A DNA stretch of 64,000 bases, taken from Candidatus Kaiserbacteria bacterium RIFCSPHIGHO2_01_FULL_53_29 (GTDB lineage: Bacteria > Patescibacteriota > Minisyncoccia > Phycocordibacterales > UBA2100). Within the stretch, counting starts at the first letter, position 1; each line of letters begins with the position of its first letter. Below are positions 28,186 to 37,538 of the stretch, piece by piece. The translations under genes and the position numbers were made by a program. The stretch covers positions 126,840 through 190,839 of the forward strand of contig MFKT01000009.1 in assembly GCA_001781125.1 (NCBI GenBank), in the 5' to 3' direction. Under the pieces are notes generated by a model. It saw only the letters and a program-made list of their open reading frames with translations. It made no database searches and was not told the DNA's origin.

Positions 28186-29926
28186 TGGGTACAGTATCGC
28201 GTACAATAGCCGGACGTGGCATAGGTGTAACGTGAGGCTGTGGATTTTGCTGCGCCCCTCCGAAGCCGTTGGCGAAGGGGGGCTTCGTCTCGCCGAAGCC
28301 TCCAGCGGAGGCGGATTTCGCTGCACGACGCTCGCGCAGAATATCGGCAGGTGAGCGGATCGGCGCCGCATGGGAGGAGTCCCCCGCCTGCGGACGAGCT
28401 TGTGCGATCGCAGCGCGAAGCGCATTGCGTTGATCGTCTTCGCGCGACAGGGGCGCGGCGCGCGGCGTAAAATCTCCTGGTGCGGGACGATCTTCGCGCG
28501 GCGCAGGCACACTGTCGCGGGAACGGGCCCGTTCAGGGCGCGGCGACGCGTCGGCACGCGGTCGCGAGCCGTAGGTGCTGCGCTCCCCCGGTTCTTTCGG
28601 TTTTTTCGGCGGCGGCTGGAAGTCGACTTGTTTCTTGTTGACCGAGGCTTCAACCTCAGCGCGCGTGCGTCCGTATTGTGCGCGCGAGCTGCGCACGCAG
28701 TCGTCCCGATACGAGATCGCGGGGGTATCAATAGGCGGAATGGTTTCCGCAGAAAAAGGCTTGGAACCCACACCATCGATCATGAGCGTGAGATAAACTT
28801 GACCGATGCCGAGGCCCACGAGGTCTTCCGGCGTAAATGTCGGCTCGAAGACCGTCTCCAACACTTCCGCATCAAAGGGCCCGACACGAAATACGATGAG
28901 GGTCCCGATGTTGCCAAAGACCGCGTCCCTCACTTCCTCCTCCATCTGTTCGATATATTGATTGGCGAGTGTGAGCGCAAGCTTGTATTTGCGCGACTCG
29001 GAGAGAATGTCGGCAAAGGCTTCGTTCATCATTGATTGGAATTCATCGACGTAGAAATAAAAACGCGGTAATTTTGCCATCCGCACACTCGGCTCGTCCG
29101 CGCGCGACATCGCCGCCAGATAGATCTTCACGACGAGCATGCTGCCGAGGAGAGAGGCATTGGTCTCACCCATGCGACCTTTCGAGAGATTGACGATAAA
29201 GATCTTTTTTTCATCCATCATCTTGCGCAGATCAAAAGATGATTTCCCCTGCCCCACAATATTGCGGATCAGAGGGTTGGCGGTGAACTGACCGATCTTG
29301 TTTTGGATCGCGGGGGTCGCCTCACGTGTGTAGGTATCGGTGAAGGCGGCAAATTCCTCCACCCAGAATCCGCGCACGATCGGGTCGGTTGTTTTTTCGA
29401 TGACGGCAGCACGGAAGGTCTTGTTGGTGAGCATGCGATTCACATCTAAGAGTGTCGAATCAGGATATTCGAGAAGTGCAAGCAGGGTGTTTTGCAAAAT
29501 GTATTCCATTCTCGCGCTCCATGCATCTACCCAAATGCGCTTCAAGGCGCCCATCAAGCCAGAGACCACGAGATGACGCTTGTCGTAACCTACATCTTCC
29601 ATCACATTGAAGCCGATCGGGTGATCGGTATCAAACGGCGCGAAGTAGACGACATCTTTGATGCGATCGTGCGGGACGAAATCGAGCAGTTTTTCGGCGG
29701 TAGCGCCGTGCGGATCGATAAATGCAATACCTTCGCCATTCTGAATATCCTGTATCGCCATGTTCTCGAGCATGGTGGATTTACCCATGCCAGTTTTGCC
29801 GATGACGTAGATGTGCTTGCCGCGGTCAATACCTCGAATACCGAACATCTCGCGCTTGCCACGCGTGTGTGTAGCCGCAAAATACGTGACCCGGGTGTCA
29901 TCGTTTTTATGCTGATCGGGGGGCAT
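28112..29926 (-). CDS. VirD4/TraG/TraD-like (DUF87-type) coupling ATPase with a ~170-aa disordered Pro/Arg/Ala-rich C-terminal tail
   Basis: YVIGKTGMGKST is Walker A, and FYFYVDEFQSMM is Walker B. The C-terminal 170 aa are low complexity. Confidence 0.6.
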   Translation of the reverse strand: MPPDQHKNDDTRVTYFAATHTRGKREMFGIRGIDRGKHIYVIGKTGMGKSTMLENMAIQDIQNGEGIAFIDPHGATAEKLLDFVPHDRIKDVVYFAPFDTDHPIGFNVMEDVGYDKRHLVVSGLMGALKRIWVDAWSARMEYILQNTLLALLEYPDSTLLDVNRMLTNKTFRAAVIEKTTDPIVRGFWVEEFAAFTDTYTREATPAIQNKIGQFTANPLIRNIVGQGKSSFDLRKMMDEKKIFIVNLSKGRMGETNASLLGSMLVVKIYLAAMSRADEPSVRMAKLPRFYFYVDEFQSMMNEAFADILSESRKYKLALTLANQYIEQMEEEVRDAVFGNIGTLIVFRVGPFDAEVLETVFEPTFTPEDLVGLGIGQVYLTLMIDGVGSKPFSAETIPPIDTPAISYRDDCVRSSRAQYGRTRAEVEASVNKKQVDFQPPPKKPKEPGERSTYGSRPRADASPRPERARSRDSVPAPREDRPAPGDFTPRAAPLSREDDQRNALRAAIAQARPQAGDSSHAAPIRSPADILRERRAAKSASAGGFGETKPPFANGFGGAQQNPQPHVTPMPRPAIVRDTVPNGQNGEISHEELQRVLRGGDDSAQ

Positions 29927-29950
29927 GTCGCAATTATACCGTATCCCGCT

Positions 29951-31510
29951 TTAACGCGTAGCATCCGCCGGCGCGTACAGATCATGTACGAACGAGAGAA
30001 GTTTGCGAACATCCCCTTCCGCATCGCGTGAACCGAGCACAATGACTGCGATCGTACGATCTTGTGCCCCCACCTTGACGGTAAACGCCCCCGCATAGGT
30101 CTCCGCCGCTTCGTTTGTTTGGCCGACTTTTCCTCCAATGAGTTTCGCCGGAGCATTTTTAATGATGTTGAAGTTGCGAACATTCTTGAATGCCGGTGGT
30201 CCGTATGCGCTGTTTGCAATGTCACCAGAGGTAATGCCGAAGATAAAGCGACGATTTTCATAGATATGGCGCAGGAGGGTAAAGAGATCTTCAGGAGTCG
30301 AATAGTCGCCCTTCGCGCCTGAAGGATCAGAGAAAACCGTATGCGAGAGATTGATCGCTTTTGCTTTCTCATTCATGTAGGTCACGAACTGACTGCGGCC
30401 GCGCACCGATGCAAAGGTCTCCGCTGCTTCGTTGGATGATTCCTGGAGAAGTAGGAAGAGCAGGTCATACGCGCGCACCTCTGTCCCCGCTTTAAGGCGC
30501 GGTATCGAGGTGTAGACGAGTCCCTCCTTCGGCACGGTAACCGATTTGTCGAGATTGATGTATTCGGTGACGATAAGCGCAGAGACCAATTTTGATATCG
30601 ATGCGATGGGTGCTGCGACCGACGCACCCTTGCTCGAAAGTACGGTGCCGTTTTTCACGTCTGCGACAAGATACCCGGCAGCAGAAACCGGCGGCGCTTT
30701 GAGCTGATAGGTGAACGAGTCGCCCTGTGCTTCGACGTTGTACACGATCACCGGCATTCCGACCACGGTGAGATCGTAGACTTTCTTTGCATCATCAGTG
30801 GAAAGTCGGATGCAGCCACCCGAATACGATGAAGATACTGCTGTCCCGTCCGCATACGTGGGCCAGCCGTGAATGAAAAAGTTGCCCTGAAAATCGAGAC
30901 TCCATGGCTGATTCACCTCGCCGAATGTCGAGAAATGATTTCTCTCTTTCGATTGGATCTGATAGACGCCGGCAGGCGTTTCCCACCACGAACCTACTTT
31001 GCCCTTCGCAAGAACGGGAACCTCTATTTGCAAGACACCCCCGACATATACCACAAGCTTCATACTGGAAAGATTTGCATCAATGAACGACGCCTTTTGC
31101 TCCACGAGATTGCGCTTTACGTTTCTATAGTAATCGGGGTCCGAGAGCGCGGGCAATGCGCCGTATGTAAGAATGGGCCCCGTCGTCGATGCGGCCGATG
31201 AGGGAATGGATATCGAATAGACTACCGGCGGTTTGTACATGACGTACGCGGCAAAGGCGAGTGCCCCGAGTGCAGCAGCCCCAAGCACTGCGGTAGAAAT
31301 CGAAATATGCCATCGCCAAAGATCCGAACCATGCTCCGCGTGAGCAGGCATCTCTACGGCGGGCAAAACGGAACCCGCAGGCGCGAGCTTGGGCACAAGC
31401 TCCGCCTCGCCCCATCCCTCGAGCACCAGACGATTCACAATGATGCTGTCCGACATTCCCGTGCGTCGCAAATATTCTATACGCGGACTTGGATCTTCTG
31501 TTCGTGACAT
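29951..31510 (-). CDS. Fusion: L,D-transpeptidase (YkuD) domain + serine-type D-Ala-D-Ala carboxypeptidase (peptidase S11/PBP5-like) domain, N-terminal TM anchor
   Basis: The YkuD catalytic motif is FFIHGWPTYADG...SGGCIRLS. The S11 domain has ASISKLVSAL (SxxK), SSNEAAE (SxN) and GGKVGQT (KTG-like). Confidence 0.75.
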   Translation of the reverse strand: MSRTEDPSPRIEYLRRTGMSDSIIVNRLVLEGWGEAELVPKLAPAGSVLPAVEMPAHAEHGSDLWRWHISISTAVLGAAALGALAFAAYVMYKPPVVYSISIPSSAASTTGPILTYGALPALSDPDYYRNVKRNLVEQKASFIDANLSSMKLVVYVGGVLQIEVPVLAKGKVGSWWETPAGVYQIQSKERNHFSTFGEVNQPWSLDFQGNFFIHGWPTYADGTAVSSSYSGGCIRLSTDDAKKVYDLTVVGMPVIVYNVEAQGDSFTYQLKAPPVSAAGYLVADVKNGTVLSSKGASVAAPIASISKLVSALIVTEYINLDKSVTVPKEGLVYTSIPRLKAGTEVRAYDLLFLLLQESSNEAAETFASVRGRSQFVTYMNEKAKAINLSHTVFSDPSGAKGDYSTPEDLFTLLRHIYENRRFIFGITSGDIANSAYGPPAFKNVRNFNIIKNAPAKLIGGKVGQTNEAAETYAGAFTVKVGAQDRTIAVIVLGSRDAEGDVRKLLSFVHDLYAPADATR

Positions 31511-31541
31511 AAAAAATGAAGAGAGGTATAAGAATTATAGC

Positions 31542-31583
31542 AAAAAAAGCACGCAGCCGACCCCCGTTGGATCGGCAGCGTGC
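31542..31583 (-). terminator. Rho-independent terminator (minus strand)
   Basis: On the minus strand, GCACGCTGCCGATCCAACGGGGGTCGGCTGCGTGC forms a 12-bp GC-rich stem with one mismatch, followed by TTTTTTT. It sits downstream of the 31596..31904 ORF and just upstream of the start of the L,D-transpeptidase gene. Confidence 0.45.
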
Positions 31584-31595
31584 AGTCGTACTCCG

Positions 31596-31904
31596 TTAGC
31601 TGTTATACACTTGAATCTGCGTCGTATTGGTTACGATGCATATCAAGCGACCGTGCTCGAGCGCGCAGGCAGATTCGGCCTCCATCGGAAGAACCGGAGA
31701 AGTCGTGTCTACCCAGAACGCGAAAGCTACAGCCGTTGCCAGCCCGAAAGTGCAGGACGGCAGAAAGAAGACCGCAATCGCTACGCCCCACTCGAACCTC
31801 AGGAAGCGATCACGCCTTCGATACGCAACTGCCGTGAACAAAGTTGCGATTACCACACTCAACGCAACACTACACACTGCGCATAGCAAGAAAGTCCGCA
31901 GCAT
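31596..31904 (-). CDS. Small hypothetical membrane protein
   Basis: 102 aa with two or three hydrophobic helices, followed by a terminator hairpin. There are no recognisable motifs. Confidence 0.3.
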   Translation of the reverse strand: MLRTFLLCAVCSVALSVVIATLFTAVAYRRRDRFLRFEWGVAIAVFFLPSCTFGLATAVAFAFWVDTTSPVLPMEAESACALEHGRLICIVTNTTQIQVYNS

Positions 31905-32028
31905 GCTTGGTTCCCCCTTTTCTTTTTGCCCCGTTCACTCGGGCTGCACTTGACGCCTTATATTTTGTGCCGCCCGCCGCGAGGATAACATATGCGGAGG
32001 AAAAGTCATCTGTGATATCCACCGCGCG

Positions 32029-33159
32029 TTACTGATATTGAATGTATATCGGTTGCGGCGTGAGCTTCAGAACCTGTGCGGGCGCGAATATGCCCTCCGA
32101 CGGCGGAAGGGTGTCGTTCTTGTAGAAAATCTTAAATCCGGTGAACTGCACCGGCTCCGCGGCGACGACGTTGGTGTAGGTGCCGATCTTTTTTGCTTGC
32201 GATCCCCAGCCGTCCATATCCATCACGATCTGCACTTCCGGCAGCGGCGTGATCTGTTTGTAGTGCGTCACCATATCTTGCGTAAAACGATGCACGACGA
32301 GGATTTTCGGCGTGAGATCATTGGCTCGCACAAGGCCCGCCAAATAATTTGCCGCGTAGTTGATATCCGCGGCATCGAACGAACCGATCACCGTGCCCGG
32401 TTTGGCGCCGGTTTTCATAGAAAACTCCGGGTCGATACCCAGATGCACGTTCTGCATCGCAAGATACTTTTCGTATTGTGGAAGCTCTTTCTGGAGCGTA
32501 CTCAAACCCACCTGAAAGTCGAGAAAGACGAGCCCGTGTATCTGAGCGGCCAGTTCGAGCGCCTTGTCGATCTGGCTGTCGGGCATGCGCAAACGGTACA
32601 TGCCGTCGGCTTGCGGCGCCTCCTGTGCGGTTACAACAATGTAGTGAATTGCCGGAATGACAGGAGTCGATGGGTCCGCCGCTGCCCACTGTGCACTTGC
32701 CGATGCGAGTTTTTGCAACATGACGTCGGTCGGATACTGACCCAATGCGCCCATGCCTTTGGAATAAAAATTTCCATAGTACGCAACGACACGATTGAAC
32801 GGAAGGATGGCGCCCGCGTTCGGATAGACGGTTTTCACCGGCCACCGTGGGCGCGGAGAGGTCGTTGAGGCCACAGTGTCGTCAAGAAACGCAGCGTACC
32901 AAGGGCTCGATGTCGCCACGGCCCCTAGCTCCAGTAATTTTTTGTTGTAGGCGGCGATATCAAGCGGGGGCGCAGACACGCGAGTATTCAGCGCGGACGC
33001 GGGTGTAGAGGTCGCCGTGCGGATAAAGCTGACTCTCGGCGCGGATGCGGCTGCTACCGCGACGAACCCGGCAACGAAAAGTCCGGTACCGATGAGCAGC
33101 GCAAAACTTCTATGCCGCTTCTTCATGCTGGGTCGAGGAGTGTGAAGTGCTTTCTGCAT
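32029..33159 (-). CDS. Hypothetical exported/membrane-anchored protein (possible TIM-barrel glycoside-hydrolase-like fold)
   Basis: 376 aa. An N-terminal basic region is followed by a hydrophobic anchor (FALLIGTGLFVAGFVAVAAASA). The function is unknown. Confidence 0.5.
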   Translation of the reverse strand: MQKALHTPRPSMKKRHRSFALLIGTGLFVAGFVAVAAASAPRVSFIRTATSTPASALNTRVSAPPLDIAAYNKKLLELGAVATSSPWYAAFLDDTVASTTSPRPRWPVKTVYPNAGAILPFNRVVAYYGNFYSKGMGALGQYPTDVMLQKLASASAQWAAADPSTPVIPAIHYIVVTAQEAPQADGMYRLRMPDSQIDKALELAAQIHGLVFLDFQVGLSTLQKELPQYEKYLAMQNVHLGIDPEFSMKTGAKPGTVIGSFDAADINYAANYLAGLVRANDLTPKILVVHRFTQDMVTHYKQITPLPEVQIVMDMDGWGSQAKKIGTYTNVVAAEPVQFTGFKIFYKNDTLPPSEGIFAPAQVLKLTPQPIYIQYQ

Positions 33160-33340
33160 ATGTTTGATTCTCTTGTAACTCCTTCGAGTGACCCTCGCGC
33201 CGGCGCACGACGATGCCGAGCGCGATTATAAAGATCCCCGTAAGAAAAAAGAATATATTGTCCCACGTGTTGGGAAAACCCAAGAAGGGCAAAATGGCGA
33301 CGAACGCGCCGGCGCACATGATGAGAGCGTCGAGTGACAT
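33110..33340 (-). CDS. Small hypothetical two-helix membrane protein
   Basis: 76 aa with two hydrophobic segments. It fits between rsmI and the downstream gene on the same strand. Confidence 0.3.
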   Translation of the reverse strand: MSLDALIMCAGAFVAILPFLGFPNTWDNIFFFLTGIFIIALGIVVRRREGHSKELQENQTYAESTSHSSTQHEEAA

Positions 33341-33355
33341 AGGGAGATTATAGCA

Positions 33356-34051
33356 CTAGTTTTTCGCTTCAATGATGACAACAAATTCCCCACGGACAGC
33401 TTTTTTCTTCTCCAATGTCTCCGCAATCTCGAGCGGCGCACCGACGAGCACTTCTTCATGAATCTTGGTGAGCTCGCGCGCGATCGTTACCCGTGCGTGC
33501 GGGGCTACCGCATTCAACTCTTTCAACAATTTCAGAATACGGTGCGGGGACTCGTAGAGAACGACGGGGTATTCCGCACCAGCGATTTTCTTGAGCGCCG
33601 TCTGGCGGCCCTTTTTGTGTGGAAGAAATCCGAGGAACGTGAATTGTTCCATGTTCGCGCCCGAAATGGAGAGCGCCGCGGTGAGGGCACTCGGGCCCGG
33701 GATTGCTTCAATTTTTGCCTCCGGGAGCGCTTCGCGGACTGCCGCGACAAGCCGCGCACCTGGGTCGGAGATGCCCGGCGTGCCTGCATCGGAAACGAGT
33801 GCCACGTGCTCGCCCGCTTCGAGCCGCGCGATTATTTCCGCCGCTTTCTTTGTCTCGGTCGCCGCATCCAATCGGAACACGGATTTACGAAGTCCGTAAT
33901 GCGTCAACAATTTCGAGATGACCCGCGTATCCTCGGCGTATATCACATTCGCCTCCTTGAGATTCCAAAGGCCTCGAAAGGTAATATCCCCCAAATTGCC
34001 GATGGGTGTTGCGATGACTGATAACTTTCCCTGTGCCATTTCCTGTTCCAT
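33356..34051 (-). CDS. rsmI: 16S rRNA (cytidine1402-2'-O)-methyltransferase
   Basis: LSVIATPIGNLGDITFRGLWNLKEANVIYAEDTR is the tetrapyrrole-methylase-fold RsmI N-terminus; the protein is 231 aa. Confidence 0.85.
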   Translation of the reverse strand: MEQEMAQGKLSVIATPIGNLGDITFRGLWNLKEANVIYAEDTRVISKLLTHYGLRKSVFRLDAATETKKAAEIIARLEAGEHVALVSDAGTPGISDPGARLVAAVREALPEAKIEAIPGPSALTAALSISGANMEQFTFLGFLPHKKGRQTALKKIAGAEYPVVLYESPHRILKLLKELNAVAPHARVTIARELTKIHEEVLVGAPLEIAETLEKKKAVRGEFVVIIEAKN

Positions 34052-34053
34052 AT

Positions 34054-34320
34054 CTATTCTAGTGTTCTCAAGAACTTAAGGATAGATTGACCGCGCTTTG
34101 TCAGCTTGTGACGCACAGAATTCCCTTCGTTCCGCTTGACGACGTGGCCAGCGATCGCTAGACGCCGAATGTGCTCTGAGCCTGTCTTCCCATTTATGTT
34201 AAGTGTTGAAGAAATCTCTTCGACTGACATTTCGGGCCTTTTCTGCAACAGATTCATAATCTGAATGCGGCGGTGATTTGAAAATCCTCGCACGATCCTC
34301 TCAAGTTGCCGGAAATTCAT
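34054..34320 (-). CDS. ArsR/SmtB-family winged-helix transcriptional regulator
   Basis: 88 aa with an HTH around MSVEEISSTLNINGKTGSEHIRRLAIAGHV. Confidence 0.7.
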   Translation of the reverse strand: MNFRQLERIVRGFSNHRRIQIMNLLQKRPEMSVEEISSTLNINGKTGSEHIRRLAIAGHVVKRNEGNSVRHKLTKRGQSILKFLRTLE

Positions 34321-34333
34321 AATATTATCTATT

Positions 34334-34355
34334 CTTAAATTCTTAAGAATTTAAG
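34334..34355. promoter_or_regulatory. Perfect 22-bp palindrome CTTAAATTCTTAAGAATTTAAG; candidate ArsR-family operator
   Basis: Read directly from the sequence. It lies 14 bp upstream of the ArsR-family gene start (34320) and just downstream of the murC stop. Confidence 0.4.
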
Positions 34356-34389
34356 CATACACCGATGCGAGATAAAAGTACACCTTCCG

Positions 34390-35727
34390 TTAATCGGTAA
34401 TTTGTTCGGCGATTTTATAAATATCGCCTGCGCCCATGGTGATGATGAGGTACCGGTCGTCGTAGCCGAGCAGTTTGCCGCGGATCTCGTCGAATGAATC
34501 AAGCGCCACTGAATCACCTCCATAGCGCTGGGTTACTTCTGCGACAACCTCATTCGTGACGGATGGATCCGGCTCTTCACGGGCAGCATAAATAGGCGCG
34601 ATGATGCTCTCATCTGCTGTGGCGAGTGCCCGCCCGAATTCTTGTAAGAGCGTACGCGTGCGGCTGTAGAGATGCGGGTGGAATGCGACGACGATTTTCT
34701 TGCTGCGCCCTCCGAAGCCTTTCTTTGCCCGTTCCGTAGCTTTAGCGGAGGCGGGGGCGAAGGACGGGTCGAGGAATTTCTCCCGCGCAGCTTGAATGGT
34801 TTTCGCGATGGCGGTCGGATGGTGCGCATAATCGTCATACACGAGAGCGCCGAGTGGCGTCTCGCCCTTGTATTCAAATCTTCGCCACGAGCCTTGAAAT
34901 CCAGTAAGCGCTTCATCGGCGCGAGCGCCGACGATATCGGGAAATGCCGTGAGTGCAGCGGCCTTGGCAGCTCGGGCATTCATGCGATTGAATTCGCCCA
35001 TCTGCGAGAGGGTGGGCACATCGAGATGCGTGTAATCGATGACTTTTGCACGCACATTTTTGAGGATAGGCGCGATGTTGGGATTCTTCGGATCGGTGAT
35101 GATGTGCCCGTGCGAAGACACTTTTTCTGCTGCTATGCGAAAGGTCTCCTGTAGCGCCGCAAGATCGGGAAAATAATCCGTGTGGTCGAGCTCGATATTC
35201 GTAATGACAAGAATCTCTGGTGAGAGCTTCAGTACGTGGTCGCGGTACTCGCATGCTTCAATGACAAAAAGGTCTGGGCGGCCCGCAAGAAAATTCGAAC
35301 CGAAATCGCGCACGATGGAGCCGATAATGGCCGTCGGCTCCTTCTTGGCCTGCGCAAGGATTACCGTAAGCATCCCCGTCGTGGTCGTCTTACCGTGCGT
35401 TCCTGCGACAGCAATGGTACGGGCAGGCGCTGAAACAACTCCGAGCGCCTCGAAATATGACATCCCCGGAATGTTCATCTCTTTTGCACGCATTCGCTCG
35501 ACGTTGGTCTCGGCCACCGCGTCAGAGTAGATGAGTAATTCCGTGCCTCGGGGAACATCATCATGCCCGATTGTCACCTCGATTCCCTTTTCTCGTAGCA
35601 TCAGCGTGACTGGCGATTCATCCCGATCCGACCCGCTCACCGACTTGCCTTGGTGGGCAAGAAGTTGCGCAAGCGCTGACATCCCGATGCCGCCGATGCC
35701 CACCATGTATATTGACTGGGGTATCAT
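34390..35727 (-). CDS. murC: UDP-N-acetylmuramate--L-alanine ligase
   Basis: Within ORF 34390..35982, the real start is the internal MIPQSIYMVGIGGIGMS at 35727. GTHGKTTTTGM is the Mur ligase P-loop. Confidence 0.85.
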   Translation of the reverse strand: MIPQSIYMVGIGGIGMSALAQLLAHQGKSVSGSDRDESPVTLMLREKGIEVTIGHDDVPRGTELLIYSDAVAETNVERMRAKEMNIPGMSYFEALGVVSAPARTIAVAGTHGKTTTTGMLTVILAQAKKEPTAIIGSIVRDFGSNFLAGRPDLFVIEACEYRDHVLKLSPEILVITNIELDHTDYFPDLAALQETFRIAAEKVSSHGHIITDPKNPNIAPILKNVRAKVIDYTHLDVPTLSQMGEFNRMNARAAKAAALTAFPDIVGARADEALTGFQGSWRRFEYKGETPLGALVYDDYAHHPTAIAKTIQAAREKFLDPSFAPASAKATERAKKGFGGRSKKIVVAFHPHLYSRTRTLLQEFGRALATADESIIAPIYAAREEPDPSVTNEVVAEVTQRYGGDSVALDSFDEIRGKLLGYDDRYLIITMGAGDIYKIAEQITD

Positions 35728-35846
35728 AAACCGCAGTATACAACTCCGCGCCTGAAAACTATGAATTTCACGGGGCCTGTGCAAGAGGCATGCGGTATCC
35801 CCCGATCGCGGTTTCGGAGCTGCACCAAGTGTGCTACAAATCAGCC

Positions 35847-36500
35847 ATGCTATGGGACGGTAATCCGCTTGAACGATTTTTCGGCCGATCCCAAAACGGA
35901 CCCATTGCGGATCTGCTCGCACAACAAGCCGAAATCGCATCACGCTGCAGCAAACTGCTCCGCGAAAGCAGCTGCAAATCACTCGATGAGATCATCGCGC
36001 TGGAACACGAAGGCGACGCTACGGAAGAAAAGATTCATGAGATCATCGACAGTTCGTTTATCCTGCGATTCGATAAGTCCGACATCGGGAGTTTGGCAAA
36101 CAGCCTCGACAACATTCTGAACGGCATGCGGCAGGTGGCCATGCACGTGGATATTTATACGCCGCACATTCCCAGGTTACGGCCGGAAGCGGAAGAATTA
36201 TTACAGATCATCGAGCAGATGACCGCACAGGTGCAAAAATGCACCGGGCTCTTGCACGAAAAACGGCTGCCGCACAAGCGCGTGCGCGAGCTTACACGTG
36301 AACTCATCAAAGCAGAGTCTCGAGCTGATGCGATTCTCCACAAAGGGGAAGCCGCGCTCGTGCGGGAGTACGGGATCGAGAGCGGGGGTGCGCTCACCTT
36401 TCTTGCGCACGATAAATTACTTCGCATGCTTGAACACATCACCGATGTCGCCAATCACTGCGGCACGCTCATTCTCTCGATAACGCGTAAAGAAGCATGA
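35847..36500 (+). CDS. DUF47 (PhoU-like, YkaA) phosphate-transport regulator
   Basis: Within ORF 35790..36500, the likely start is MLWDGNPLERFF at 35847. It is immediately upstream of, and overlaps, the PiT gene, the typical DUF47-PiT pairing. Confidence 0.7.
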   Translation: MLWDGNPLERFFGRSQNGPIADLLAQQAEIASRCSKLLRESSCKSLDEIIALEHEGDATEEKIHEIIDSSFILRFDKSDIGSLANSLDNILNGMRQVAMHVDIYTPHIPRLRPEAEELLQIIEQMTAQVQKCTGLLHEKRLPHKRVRELTRELIKAESRADAILHKGEAALVREYGIESGGALTFLAHDKLLRMLEHITDVANHCGTLILSITRKEA

Positions 36501-37492
36501 TCCTGATCGTTCTTCTGTGCATTGCACTCCTGCTCGTACTGGCCGCGGAATTCATCAACGGCTGGACGGATGCACCGAATGCGATCGCAACAGTGGTAGC
36601 AACCGGCGTTCTGCCTCTCAGTATCGCCGTACCGATGGCCGTACTTCTCAATATTGCCGGCGCCTTATCGGGAACAGCAGTCGCGGCGACCATCGGCAAG
36701 GGTATCGTCACCACCGAGTCGGTTACTATTCCTGCGATTGCAGCGGCGATGATAAGTATCATCGGGTGGGGCATTTTCGCCGCATATCGTGGACTTCCGA
36801 TCAGCAAATCACATGCACTCGTCGCCGGTCTTGCGGGTGCCGCGATCGCCGGTGGCGGATTCGACTCTCTCTTGTGGGCCGGATGGGAAAAAATCCTCAT
36901 CGGTATGGCGCTCTCTGTTATCGCCGGCTTCGGGATCGCGTTCCTCATTGGAAAGACTGTCATCGCTTTGGCCGCCTCCGCATCGCCCGCACGCGCGAAG
37001 ATCGGGTTCGACGTCGCGCACATCTTTACGGCCGGAACTATGGCATTCGCGCACGGTCTGAACGACGGACAGAAATTCATCGGAATATTCACCCTCGTTC
37101 TCGTTCTCAGCGGTCACGTTCAGGGATTCAATATCCCATGGTGGGTAATCATCTTATGTGGACTTACGATGGGCCTCGGTACATCGCTCGGCGGCTGGCG
37201 CATCATCGCGACCATCGGTAAGCGTATGGTCAAAATACAATCGTGGCAGGGTTTTGCTGCGACGAGCGCCGCGTCATCGACGATTATCGTCGCCTCAGTT
37301 TTCGGAGTGCCGCTTTCGACAACACACACCATCACGACCGCAATTGCCGGTGCCAGCTCGTCGCGTCGCGTTGGAGATGTAAAATGGGGTGTTCTCGGAA
37401 GCGTCGTGCGAGGATGGTTACTCACTTTTCCGATTTGCGGGGCTCTGGCGTTCGTTGCAGCGTTCTTGGCGAATCACGCGTTCCTCTCGTAG
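36497..37492 (+). CDS. pit: Inorganic phosphate transporter, PiT (PHO4) family
   Basis: 331 aa and multi-TM. GWTDAPNAIATVV and HGLNDGQKFIG are PHO4 signature repeats. Confidence 0.85.
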   Translation: MILIVLLCIALLLVLAAEFINGWTDAPNAIATVVATGVLPLSIAVPMAVLLNIAGALSGTAVAATIGKGIVTTESVTIPAIAAAMISIIGWGIFAAYRGLPISKSHALVAGLAGAAIAGGGFDSLLWAGWEKILIGMALSVIAGFGIAFLIGKTVIALAASASPARAKIGFDVAHIFTAGTMAFAHGLNDGQKFIGIFTLVLVLSGHVQGFNIPWWVIILCGLTMGLGTSLGGWRIIATIGKRMVKIQSWQGFAATSAASSTIIVASVFGVPLSTTHTITTAIAGASSSRRVGDVKWGVLGSVVRGWLLTFPICGALAFVAAFLANHAFLS

Positions 37493-37538
37493 AACCATTT
37501 ACCTATCATATCGCATCGAAACAAGATACAATGAATGA

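Noticed and set aside
28186-28776. N-terminal 197 codons of ORF 27265..28776 (Arg-rich MVWVPSLFLRKPFRLL...)
   Set aside because: This stretch overlaps, in another frame, the low-complexity C-terminus of the TraG-like gene. The genuine LTD protein starts at the signal-peptide Met near 28185.
32038-32868. 276-aa plus-strand ORF
   Set aside because: Antisense to the 376-aa exported-protein gene. It is His/Arg-rich with no motifs.
36517-37221. 234-aa Arg-rich alternative-frame ORF inside the PiT gene
   Set aside because: The PiT frame has clear transmembrane periodicity and signature motifs; this frame is compositional noise.
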